Shown one piece after another: positions 7,976 through 15,629 of a DNA stretch of 64,000 nt. This DNA comes from a virus. Positions within the stretch are counted from its first letter, which is position 1. The number at the start of each line of letters is the position of its first letter. Where the stretch lies: the IMG/VR virus record IMGVR_UViG_3300047557_002430, positions 1-64,000 of that record. The stretch is one strand, 5' to 3'. Below the pieces are notes generated by a model that saw nothing but the letters and a program-made list of their open reading frames with translations, made no database searches and was not told the DNA's origin. The translations under genes and the position numbers were made by a program.

Positions 7976-8383
7976 TTACTTGTTTACGGGTTCGATTTTG
8001 AAATAAATAAATTTCGGAAAGTAGTCAAAGAACTCCAAAGTCGCGGGACAGAGCCATCCACGCGGTGAATCCTCGTCAATTATGTGTTTTGCCGGGGTCG
8101 AGAGGGCATACCACGTGCCGTTGTCTTCCGCATATTGGTAAAAAAGGTGCCCTTGATGCTTTGGAAACTTGTTTGCGGAGAAAATAATGCGGTAAGGACC
8201 AATAAGATCACCCAATTTGTACTCGTTAATGACGTAATCGATGATTTCAGTCATTCCGAGGACAAAAGGTTCGTGCCGAAGCCCCCGATCGTGGTCGGTG
8301 AAGCACCAGCAGCCAAGGTGTCTGTAGATTTCGAGAGCCAAAAGGGAGTTCATGGAAGCAACTATGTGCATCTGACCCACCAT
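7976..8383 (-). CDS. DUF6717-like hypothetical protein
   Basis: W.F.D...L..EPFV.G..EIID and GWLCPA...FF motifs. Confidence 0.7.
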   Translation of the reverse strand: MVGQMHIVASMNSLLALEIYRHLGCWCFTDHDRGLRHEPFVLGMTEIIDYVINEYKLGDLIGPYRIIFSANKFPKHQGHLFYQYAEDNGTWYALSTPAKHIIDEDSPRGWLCPATLEFFDYFPKFIYFKIEPVNK

Positions 8384-8454
8384 AGCACATCCTGCGCACG
8401 AGGTTTTTCTTTCCGGTTTCTACAAAAATAAATTAAATTGGATTTATTCGTTGT

Positions 8455-10251
8455 TTGGGAAATATGGCTCCCGAAAGCAGGGTGGGTATAGACTCCCCAC
8501 GTTTCACTAGAGCAGAAACTTACGGTAAATTGCGCGAGTGGGCAGAGCGCCTGAAAAATTTTGAAGGTGTTCCCGATATGTATCGGGATATTCCTTCCTA
8601 CCCTGAATCTTTAACTAAGGAGTTTAATAGACTCGACAGAGAGGACGCTGACGAAGCAGCCCGCGCTTCTTTTTTAGATAAACACCTTGACTATTTAGAT
8701 ACTGTACGTAGGCAAGTTCAATTAAAAGATCCTGGTTACTTAAAGACGCAGCAGGTTATTGCAGAAAACTACGATAAATATCCGGGAGGAGCTTTTAGTG
8801 TTGGTTTGGATCCCGCAAAAGAATTACAGCTTTTTGGTAGTCAGGTTCAGGGAGATGTAACGCCTTTTTCTAAAGGTTTTATAGTTCCCGCTCACGAGAT
8901 TTTTGGACATCTAAGGCCAAGTTTGTACGGAATTCAGCCTGCATATAATCCTGTAACAGTCCCAGGTTTACCGGGTGTTTATAAGCCCAGTATTGTTTCG
9001 CCGACAAATGAATCCCTAGCGCATTTTTTAAATGAGGCGTTAGTTCGTAATTTAGGAGCATCGCCGGAAACTGTAACAAGTGATCCGGTTTTAAGTAAAA
9101 TTCGGAGTGAGTTAAAGGGCGAGCGTTTCCCCCATTTCTCTACAGCTCTACCCGGCAGACCTGATCAGACTCGACTCGATCCGGATCAGATTCTTGACAT
9201 TGCTACAGCAGCCCGCGATTTAGAGCAAACACCGGATAAATCTCCCTGGTTTAGATCAGGGATAGCTAGCGTTCGCAAGTTTCTTCATAGCCCTCCTTCT
9301 GTTGCATTATTAGAGACGCATCCTCGACTGTTTGATATTGTAAGCGCTCTGCGTGGGTCTAACTATCTCAGCCAAAGCGATCTACTTAGTGGCTTTGATG
9401 TACCTAAAGCTGCTCGTGATGTAATCACACGTGAATTTCTTGACAAATATGTCGACCCAACCTTACGCAACTTTAGGGAAGGCTTACGCATTTCTACACC
9501 GGGTTTTGAAAAATATACTGATTCTGGAATGGCTGTCTCTCGTGGACGTAATCCTCTGGACGAAAACACCAACCTTGTAGGGGATAAGTTAGCAACTTTA
9601 ACTGAGTTTGATCCGCTTAAACAGTACAGTCCGCTTGGAATGATGATTTTCGGTGCGGAGCCTGCTACTGCCGCAGCGCGCGGTGCGGTCGAACTTGCGA
9701 AAGGTTTACGTCGTACACCTTCTGCACTGCTTCCTGGTGTCGCAGATCTTATTCCCTCGCCTGAAGCAATCCAGACGGGTTACGCGCAAGGCCCTGTTGC
9801 AATGGGTGCTCAGATGGGGCGAGAGTTTTTACAGAGCCTTCCTGCTGCTGCAGCCAGTTCTGCTGTTCTAGCTACCCCTGCCGCAGCTCCTCTTGCTCCT
9901 GGGATTGGAGCAGGTTTGGTCGGAACGGCAGCAGCTCGGGCATTGAATGAAGTTGTCCGCCAAGAAACTGGTGAAGGTATCGTGCCTAAACTTCGTCAAG
10001 CCCTTGGCACTGCGCCACGAACCGGAATAGCTTCTCCTGCCCGCGTGGGTGAGCGACCCCTGGTTGCGCAAATAAAACCGTTAAGCGCAGCGCAGAAAAA
10101 GGAAGCTACACGGTTAGCGAGTTTAAACCCACTCCAACAAGGTATTCGATTAGCTCAAGAGCGATTTAATCCAACCAAAGGTGAGTTTGGAGGTTCTGAG
10201 GTATTAAAAGGATTGTTAGACTATATAAACCAAAAGGTAAAAGGGCGCTGA
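8455..10251 (+). CDS. large protein with a putative HExxGH metallopeptidase motif and an Ala/Gly-rich C-terminus
   Basis: AHEIFGH...NESLA; hydrophobic A/G/P-rich tail; ATG at 8464 is the likelier start. Confidence 0.6.
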   Translation: MGNMAPESRVGIDSPRFTRAETYGKLREWAERLKNFEGVPDMYRDIPSYPESLTKEFNRLDREDADEAARASFLDKHLDYLDTVRRQVQLKDPGYLKTQQVIAENYDKYPGGAFSVGLDPAKELQLFGSQVQGDVTPFSKGFIVPAHEIFGHLRPSLYGIQPAYNPVTVPGLPGVYKPSIVSPTNESLAHFLNEALVRNLGASPETVTSDPVLSKIRSELKGERFPHFSTALPGRPDQTRLDPDQILDIATAARDLEQTPDKSPWFRSGIASVRKFLHSPPSVALLETHPRLFDIVSALRGSNYLSQSDLLSGFDVPKAARDVITREFLDKYVDPTLRNFREGLRISTPGFEKYTDSGMAVSRGRNPLDENTNLVGDKLATLTEFDPLKQYSPLGMMIFGAEPATAAARGAVELAKGLRRTPSALLPGVADLIPSPEAIQTGYAQGPVAMGAQMGREFLQSLPAAAASSAVLATPAAAPLAPGIGAGLVGTAAARALNEVVRQETGEGIVPKLRQALGTAPRTGIASPARVGERPLVAQIKPLSAAQKKEATRLASLNPLQQGIRLAQERFNPTKGEFGGSEVLKGLLDYINQKVKGR

Positions 10252-10255
10252 TTCC

Positions 10256-10504
10256 GTGGATTCGTCTCTTGCTCTGGAGTTTTTAAATAGCGTTCTCGCT
10301 TCTAAAGCTCAGGAGCTTATTGCGACTGACCCTAGTTTCGTAATCGGTGGCGGTGCCGGAGATGCGCGTAGGGCTCGTAAGGGTCTTACGCCACAGGACG
10401 TCCAACGGTTGATCGAAGCTAACCCTGACTTCGGTCAGCAGATTAGAGATATGTATCTTCCTGGCCCCTCGCTTCCGCCTGTGCGACGCCTCCCCGGTGT
10501 CTGA
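10256..10504 (+). CDS. hypothetical protein
   Basis: GTG start 4 nt after the upstream stop. Confidence 0.65.
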   Translation: MDSSLALEFLNSVLASKAQELIATDPSFVIGGGAGDARRARKGLTPQDVQRLIEANPDFGQQIRDMYLPGPSLPPVRRLPGV

Positions 10505-10512
10505 GTGCCTGG

Positions 10513-10542
10513 TTGACACGGTGATCCTTCTGGGGTTACTGT
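10513..10542 (+). promoter_or_regulatory. sigma70-type promoter
   Basis: TTGACA-18 nt-TACTGT. Confidence 0.55.
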
Positions 10543-10915
10543 GTCACTGGAACACCCCACATCACATCACATGCGCACCACACCCAAGGAAACCGGCTCT
10601 TACACCCGTATTAATGTAAATAGCGCTCATTTGGTTCCTGCGGCAGCCGCGTGGCAAGCCCATAAGATTATTGGCTCTTTGTGCTTAGCTGCAGTTACCA
10701 CGTGTGTGGTTGTCGTGTTTGGCGGTTTGGTTACTATTGTTGTTTCCAACAGCCCAGCATTCAACGAAAAAACACGTATTTCTCAGAAGATGATGGCTAA
10801 GTGTATGAACGTACCTCATGCGTCAGATTACGTTGCTGGGTTTTACTCCTCTGATAAGCATTTTTCTCGGTGCCTTAGCTCTACGGATGCTTACATCGCT
10901 ACGCTTCCTGACTAA
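10541..10915 (+). CDS. membrane protein (true start probably ATG 10571)
   Basis: Central TM helix; followed by a terminator. Confidence 0.65.
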   Translation: MSLEHPTSHHMRTTPKETGSYTRINVNSAHLVPAAAAWQAHKIIGSLCLAAVTTCVVVVFGGLVTIVVSNSPAFNEKTRISQKMMAKCMNVPHASDYVAGFYSSDKHFSRCLSSTDAYIATLPD

Positions 10916-10947
10916 CGCATTTAAACACAACGTTTGTTTCTGCAACT

Positions 10948-10970
10948 GACCCCTTGCCAGGGTCTTTTTT
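10948..10970 (+). terminator. rho-independent terminator
   Basis: GACCC/GGGTC stem plus T6. Confidence 0.65.
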
Positions 10971-11202
10971 GTGTGCTCTGCTGTTTACGTATTTAGTTTT
11001 TCCTGTGTCTCAACTTTTTCTCCATTCCGTTTGCCCTGTTTGTCAGACGCCTTTTGTTTTGAAAGGACACAAACTGCGGCGGTGGCTTGACCGTAAGAAA
11101 GCAAAGCCTACTATTTTGGGGCCTTTCTGCAACTATAAATGCTCAGCATCAGTCAACATCAGATCAGCTATTGCAGTACGCGCCCAAAGTAAGGACTCCT
11201 AA
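10954..11202 (+). CDS. small zinc-finger protein
   Basis: CPVC...FCNYKC; start probably downstream of the terminator. Confidence 0.55.
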   Translation: MPGSFLCALLFTYLVFPVSQLFLHSVCPVCQTPFVLKGHKLRRWLDRKKAKPTILGPFCNYKCSASVNIRSAIAVRAQSKDS

Positions 11203-11245
11203 TGGTTGCGCCATAGCAGCTCAGAGCAGGTAGAGTTCCTGCACG

Positions 11246-11321
11246 GCGCGTCTAGCACTCTGGTGAATGCAGCCGACTCATAATCGGCTAGAGGTGGGTT
11301 CGATCCCCACGACGCGCACCA
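11246..11321 (+). tRNA. tRNA with CAT anticodon (elongator Met or Ile2), CCA encoded
   Basis: Acceptor GCGCGTC/GACGCGC+ACCA; anticodon arm GCCGA-CTCATAA-TCGGC; T arm GTGGG-TTCGATC-CCCAC; lacks initiator hallmarks. Confidence 0.93.
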
Positions 11322-11322
11322 C

Positions 11323-11406
11323 GCCTCGGTGGTGGAATTGGTATGCACAACAGATTTAAAATCTGTCGCCCGGATGGGCTTGCGGGTTCGAGTCCCGCCC
11401 GAGGTA
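11323..11406 (+). tRNA. trnL: tRNA-Leu(TAA)
   Basis: Acceptor GCCTCGG/CCGAGGT; anticodon arm ACAGA-TTTAAAA-TCTGT; long variable arm; GGTTCGAGTCC. Confidence 0.93.
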
Positions 11407-11424
11407 CTTACACTGTTTAAAATC

Positions 11425-11607
11425 ATGCCTGACATTTCACTTTGTGCTAACGGCGACACTTGCGATCTGCGCTTTAGTTGCTATCGTTTTCTGGCTTTCC
11501 CCAGTCAGGCTCAGAGTTACATTGAATCTCCCGAGCCTGGTGAGGATTGTATCTATTACTTTCCTGATCGAGAACTTTACATGAAACCCTTTAGAGAGCA
11601 TGACTGA
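11425..11607 (+). CDS. small Cys-rich phage protein
   Basis: MPDISLCANGDTCDLRFSCYRF; the upstream extension in the track overlaps tRNA-Leu. Confidence 0.7.
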   Translation: MPDISLCANGDTCDLRFSCYRFLAFPSQAQSYIESPEPGEDCIYYFPDRELYMKPFREHD

Positions 11608-11755
11608 ACCTGATCTTCCTTTCGTTGAAATTGACGATGATGTTTACGAGACTCTCGCTGCGGCTGCAGAGTTGTTGGATATGACCGTGGAAGATTACGC
11701 AAATATGTTGCTTATGGAGTTTGTTACTGAGTCTTGTAAAAAAGAAAAAAAATGA
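11600..11755 (+). CDS. small protein, possibly ribbon-helix-helix
   Basis: FVEIDDDVYETLAAAAELLDMTVEDYANMLL; coupled to both neighbours. Confidence 0.6.
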   Translation: MTEPDLPFVEIDDDVYETLAAAAELLDMTVEDYANMLLMEFVTESCKKEKK

Positions 11756-12111
11756 CTGAACACCCAATTACTCCGCCGCGTGAGCTGGTGCAGCAGTGGA
11801 TTGAAAACACTCGCTCCAATGATTGCATCGGCGCTTACGATCCGGAATATGAGCAGTGCATCGCTCTTCAAGCCGCCCGCTGGGGCAGCGATCAGGAGCT
11901 GGAGGCGTGCTGTGAGTGGCTAAGCATTGCTTCCAGTCATGGCCTTGGGTGGGGTGCAGCCACGATCCTGTCCGGCAAGCTCCGCACCGCCCGCCGAGCC
12001 AAGCCCCCGAGCCTGAAGCGGCGAGCACTTGAGGCGCTAGAAGATCACGAAATCGAGTGGTTAAAACGCTCAAGCATTATCCGTCAAGCACTTGAACAGA
12101 TTGATGACTGA
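11752..12111 (+). CDS. modular small phage protein
   Basis: HPITPPRELVQQW, AARWGSDQELEACCEWL, PPSLK..AL, IRQALE. Confidence 0.75.
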   Translation: MTEHPITPPRELVQQWIENTRSNDCIGAYDPEYEQCIALQAARWGSDQELEACCEWLSIASSHGLGWGAATILSGKLRTARRAKPPSLKRRALEALEDHEIEWLKRSSIIRQALEQIDD

Positions 12112-12502
12112 TTTCAGAACAAAGATGAAGAAAACGCTCAGCAAGGACACGCTTGCCGTCTTTGATGCCCACGACATTGGTTTCTCCACCCCGGCGATCC
12201 GTCTCGCAGAAGCCCTTAGGGCTTTAGCCGAACTTGATGACATCAAGCCAGTTGCCCTCGGCCCTCAAGAAGAAGGCGAGTCAGACCTGCAGCGCACGGT
12301 CGCAATCCACGTCAAGCAACGCCACATCCGCATCTACAGGAAGCTCAGGGCCATGGCTGACGAACTCGACCCGCCGCCGCTAAGTCTCAAGCAGCAGGCG
12401 CTGAAGGACTTCGACGCCCTCATGTCAGAGCTTGATAGAGACGGAAACTACAGCAACTGCGCGGAACGCATCCGCCGCGCCCTCGAATCCCTGCCCGATT
12501 AG
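12092..12502 (+). CDS. modular small phage protein
   Basis: MTDFR, MADELD, PLSLKQQAL, IRRALESLPD. Confidence 0.75.
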   Translation: MNRLMTDFRTKMKKTLSKDTLAVFDAHDIGFSTPAIRLAEALRALAELDDIKPVALGPQEEGESDLQRTVAIHVKQRHIRIYRKLRAMADELDPPPLSLKQQALKDFDALMSELDRDGNYSNCAERIRRALESLPD

Positions 12503-12519
12503 TCAACATCACTAGCACC

Positions 12520-12678
12520 ATGACTGCAGCACCACGGATCTTTTCTATTGACGACCTAGATGAGTTCTGCCTCTGGTGGTGGGGCTCAGATAACGATGAG
12601 CGCACAGTCGCTGAAGTAATTGAAAGCGGAAGCATGGCCGCTTTTGCCGAAGCTGTTCTCGCCCGCTGGGGCAAGTAG
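12520..12678 (+). CDS. modular small phage protein (52 aa)
   Basis: MTAAPRIF...AFAEAVLARWGK; not in the track. Confidence 0.7.
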   Translation: MTAAPRIFSIDDLDEFCLWWWGSDNDERTVAEVIESGSMAAFAEAVLARWGK

Positions 12679-12695
12679 TCCGATCAACTACCACC

Positions 12696-12902
12696 ATGAC
12701 TAAACCTTTATCCCCCGCCGCACAGGCGATACTGGATTCCTTCAAAGAGCAAGTTGAGCTGACCTGGCTCACCAAAGATCCTGACCGGGTTGGCCTTGCC
12801 GCCGCCCTTCGCGCTGCTGCGGATCAAATCGACTACGACTGGTCTGCATTTAACTGCATCGACTCTTTGTATGAGATCGCCACCGAACTGGAGGGCCAAT
12901 GA
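12696..12902 (+). CDS. modular small phage protein
   Basis: LSPAAQAILD, LAAALRAAADQ, IATELEG. Confidence 0.75.
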   Translation: MTKPLSPAAQAILDSFKEQVELTWLTKDPDRVGLAAALRAAADQIDYDWSAFNCIDSLYEIATELEGQ

Positions 12903-13186
12903 CCACCGACTTTCGCGCCCTGTGCACGGCATTGTTGGACGAGATTTCGCATGAATCGCCTACAACATGCCTTGCCCGCGCCGCACTGGCCGAGCCCCAG
13001 CCGGAACCGCCGACGGATGCGGAGCTGACGGTAGACACAATTATGCAAATTGCCGATGAATTCTTTGATTTTTATGGAAACTCACATCGTGATTGCTTTT
13101 TTGCCACATCTATTGTGGCCAAGGAAAACCCAACACAGTCGCTATATGACTTCGCCCGCGCCGTTCTCGCCCGATGGGGTTCGTAA
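12899..13186 (+). CDS. modular small phage protein
   Basis: MTTDFRALC, ARAALAEPQPEPPTDAEL, FARAVLARWG. Confidence 0.75.
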   Translation: MTTDFRALCTALLDEISHESPTTCLARAALAEPQPEPPTDAELTVDTIMQIADEFFDFYGNSHRDCFFATSIVAKENPTQSLYDFARAVLARWGS

Positions 13187-13197
13187 AGGATTAACTA

Positions 13198-13410
13198 ATG
13201 ACTACTGATCCCCACCCCAGCCCCATTTGGCGTACTCTTGAGTCCGCTACAGCGTGTCCTGTTGCCATTGACCCGCAGGAAATTGCAGCCTTGTTAGAGG
13301 TTTTAGCTGACTTAGTGGAGCAGCGTGGCGACAGAGGTTTAGACCTCGATCCTGGTGAGACCGCTGATTGGTTGCGCAGTGAAGCTGCTCGCGCTCAAGC
13401 AGGGGAGTAA
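13198..13410 (+). CDS. modular small phage protein
   Basis: IAALLEVLAD...ADWLRSEAARA. Confidence 0.7.
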   Translation: MTTDPHPSPIWRTLESATACPVAIDPQEIAALLEVLADLVEQRGDRGLDLDPGETADWLRSEAARAQAGE

Positions 13411-13416
13411 TAAAGA

Positions 13417-13506
13417 GGGTCGGTAGCCAGTCCTCACGAGGTTCTGGCCTCACCGCTGCCGACCCACCAGCGGCCATACCCATAGTTCCTGAAAAACTAC
13501 GGAACC
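13417..13506 (+). ncRNA. structured intergenic RNA
   Basis: GGGTCGGTAG/CTGCCGACCC helix (13417-13465) enclosing CCAG..CCTC/GAGG..CTGG; second hairpin TAGTT/AACTA. Confidence 0.5.
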
Positions 13507-13581
13507 CGGATCCTAACAGCTCACCAAAGCGTGACGCGAGGGTGCGCCCGTGTTTTTGCATCACTTTGACAAAACGTTGAA

Positions 13582-13932
13582 TTGCCAACAGAGCCCACGT
13601 GGGCACCTAAGGTTGGATCAGATCTCAACATCACCATGAAAACAGATTTCGATAAACTTGCCCGCGTTAAGCGCGCAAAACCCAGCGTTCGCGAACAAAG
13701 CCTCATGGCCGAATATGGTAAACCTCACCCTGCAGTAGAAAAAGCGGCGCGGGCGATTTCTGACTGGCAGAGCGAGTCGGACTGGCCCATCCACGTGGAT
13801 CAAGCAATCCGCGTCATTGAAGCTATTTCAGAGCAACTGGGTCGCGAAGGTTTTACAGACGCCAAGGCGTATCTACGTTCTGTCGTTTGGGAAGAGCCCA
13901 AGCCACGCGCAAGCTCTACCAAAGTGCATTGA
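13582..13932 (+). CDS. hypothetical protein (start probably at MKTDF)
   Basis: Co-oriented ORF. Confidence 0.65.
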   Translation: MPTEPTWAPKVGSDLNITMKTDFDKLARVKRAKPSVREQSLMAEYGKPHPAVEKAARAISDWQSESDWPIHVDQAIRVIEAISEQLGREGFTDAKAYLRSVVWEEPKPRASSTKVH

Positions 13933-13985
13933 ACCGACTTTATTAACAATTTAAATAAACACCGATTATCAACAATCCGAGTTTT

Positions 13986-14357
13986 ATGGTTTTTGATCGT
14001 CAGTACGATTTCTCAAAGTGCTCCAACTGTGGTGAATTAACTTGCGTAACAATCGAAAGCAGACTTCAGAAAGATAAAACTAGACGGAGGAGGAAAGAGT
14101 GCACACACTGTAAGGCACGTTTTACTTATTATGAAGTGTCTGAGGAATTTTATAAACTTGCTCTTCGTAACCAAAAGCTTGTAGAAAACATTATTACGTG
14201 CTTAGACTTGAATTTTTGTACGCAATCGTCACATGCTGTATCCGTTGATGACTGTGATAACTGCGTTCACATGCGTTCCGATCGTTGCTACTTCGATTTT
14301 CCCGACGCTGGGGGATCTTTCGCGAGTGAGTGTTCAATGTTCGAACGAAAGACCTAA
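13986..14357 (+). CDS. NrdR-type zinc-ribbon protein without an ATP-cone
   Basis: CSNCG...ESR....RRRRKECTHCKARFTYYE; C-terminal Cys cluster. Confidence 0.75.
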   Translation: MVFDRQYDFSKCSNCGELTCVTIESRLQKDKTRRRRKECTHCKARFTYYEVSEEFYKLALRNQKLVENIITCLDLNFCTQSSHAVSVDDCDNCVHMRSDRCYFDFPDAGGSFASECSMFERKT

Positions 14358-14438
14358 GGATTTCTTAGGTAACTCATACAAATACATCGCTATAAAGGGT
14401 CAGAAAGCTAAAAATATATAGTAAGTAGGGGGTTTTGC

Positions 14439-14741
14439 TTGTCCGATCCGATCCTTGAGCGGTGCGTTGCGGAGTTTTTAATGGCTCCCGGCACCTGCGT
14501 GGAGCGAATGGCGGCAGTTTTCGACTATTTAGCTGATGAATTGCTGCGAGACGCGTTTCCTTGCGAACATGCGGGCCGTCTTGAGCTGTTTTTGGACGCC
14601 CCAAAGCTAAAACAGCGTCTTATTGACGCGATTAAAGTGCATCCAGAGGTTCGCTCGGCTAGTTATGAGTCGGACTTGGCGAGACTTACGGGGGATGAAC
14701 CGCTGCGGTTACAGGCGACCACGCACGACGAACGAGATTAG
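14439..14741 (+). CDS. hypothetical protein
   Basis: TTG start after a G-rich RBS-like run. Confidence 0.55.
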   Translation: MSDPILERCVAEFLMAPGTCVERMAAVFDYLADELLRDAFPCEHAGRLELFLDAPKLKQRLIDAIKVHPEVRSASYESDLARLTGDEPLRLQATTHDERD

Positions 14742-14934
14742 GCAAAGACCGGCGTTATTAGATGAGCTTAATGAAGTAGATGCGCCTTTTATGAAGCGAA
14801 ACCGGGCGCTTAATCGCTTCATTCCCAACGCGTGGGACGATATCGTCATCAGCAGCCTCCGGGAAGGCCGGTGGAGGGAGGCCCCTGCTCGGATTCGAAC
14901 CGAGAATCTACCGTTTACAAGACGGGTGCAGTAA
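14665..14934 (+). CDS. Arg-rich small phage protein
   Basis: MSRTWR...RRPRTTNEIR...PNAWDDI; its 3' end overlaps the antisense tRNA. Confidence 0.6.
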   Translation: MSRTWRDLRGMNRCGYRRPRTTNEIRQRPALLDELNEVDAPFMKRNRALNRFIPNAWDDIVISSLREGRWREAPARIRTENLPFTRRVQ

Positions 14935-14952
14935 CCCTTGTGCTACAGGGGC
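14880..14952 (-). tRNA. trnT: tRNA-Thr(TGT)
   Basis: Minus strand acceptor GCCCCTG/CAGGGGC; anticodon arm CCGT-CTTGTAA-ACGG; T arm CTCGG-TTCGAAT-CCGAG. Confidence 0.88.
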
Positions 14953-15013
14953 GTTGGCTGATCATAGCCCGAAATGGTGCTAGTGTGGTTTCGCCTACCA
15001 AGGCTTACTTCAC

Positions 15014-15253
15014 ATGTCTTTGAAATTCCCTGTCGGTACAGAAGTTCTTAAAAAGAACTCATGCGCGAACATGGCTGCCCCGCCACGCCGTGGGGTTGTC
15101 GTTGGCGTGACACAAAAGAAGAACAAGCGAGGTTCTTTGATGTCGTATTACCTCGTCAAGCTCGACGGTTCAGAGCGCACGGAAGAGTGGGCACCGGGGA
15201 TTACGGTTGCTGCCTCCGATAAAACAGCATCTACTGTCGCGTTTGCTTTTTAA
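15014..15253 (+). CDS. small beta-barrel (SH3/KOW-like) hypothetical protein
   Basis: KFPVGTEV...GVVVGV...YYLVKLD. Confidence 0.65.
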   Translation: MSLKFPVGTEVLKKNSCANMAAPPRRGVVVGVTQKKNKRGSLMSYYLVKLDGSERTEEWAPGITVAASDKTASTVAFAF

Positions 15254-15629
15254 GTTAATGGCGCTTACTTTCAGACCCACCGCTTCGTTTCTTCATTCGG
15301 CTATTGAGGGGCATACAGAGTCCCGTCCTGCGTATTTAATTTGTGGCTGGTCTCCAGATGGATACTGTTTAGGAGAGTACAGCGTATTCGTTAATTTTTT
15401 ATCTAAAAATGTAGTTGTTACTCCTTCCCTTGAGCCTCTTATGTTTACAGCTTTATATGACTTTCGATGTATGAGTTTTTATTGCCGCAAGAATCCTGAC
15501 TTTTTGCTCGCTACGGCTTATCACCCCCTCGTAGCTAAAGGGGAAACCATTCAGCTCGATTTATTTAATGGTTCTATAAATACCCCGTTTCCTTACGAAA
15601 CGGACTTAAACAAACTCCTTTCTGTCTAG
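15207..15629 (+). CDS. hypothetical protein (start probably ATG 15258)
   Basis: Co-oriented ORF. Confidence 0.55.
   Translation: MLPPIKQHLLSRLLFKLMALTFRPTASFLHSAIEGHTESRPAYLICGWSPDGYCLGEYSVFVNFLSKNVVVTPSLEPLMFTALYDFRCMSFYCRKNPDFLLATAYHPLVAKGETIQLDLFNGSINTPFPYETDLNKLLSV

Noticed and set aside
11208-11244. D-loop-like AGCTCAG...GGTAGAG before the tRNA pair
   Set aside because: No anticodon arm, T arm or acceptor partner; at most a decayed tRNA fragment or a simple hairpin
11199-11459. Track ORFs overlapping the tRNA genes
   Set aside because: They are shadow translations of tRNA sequence
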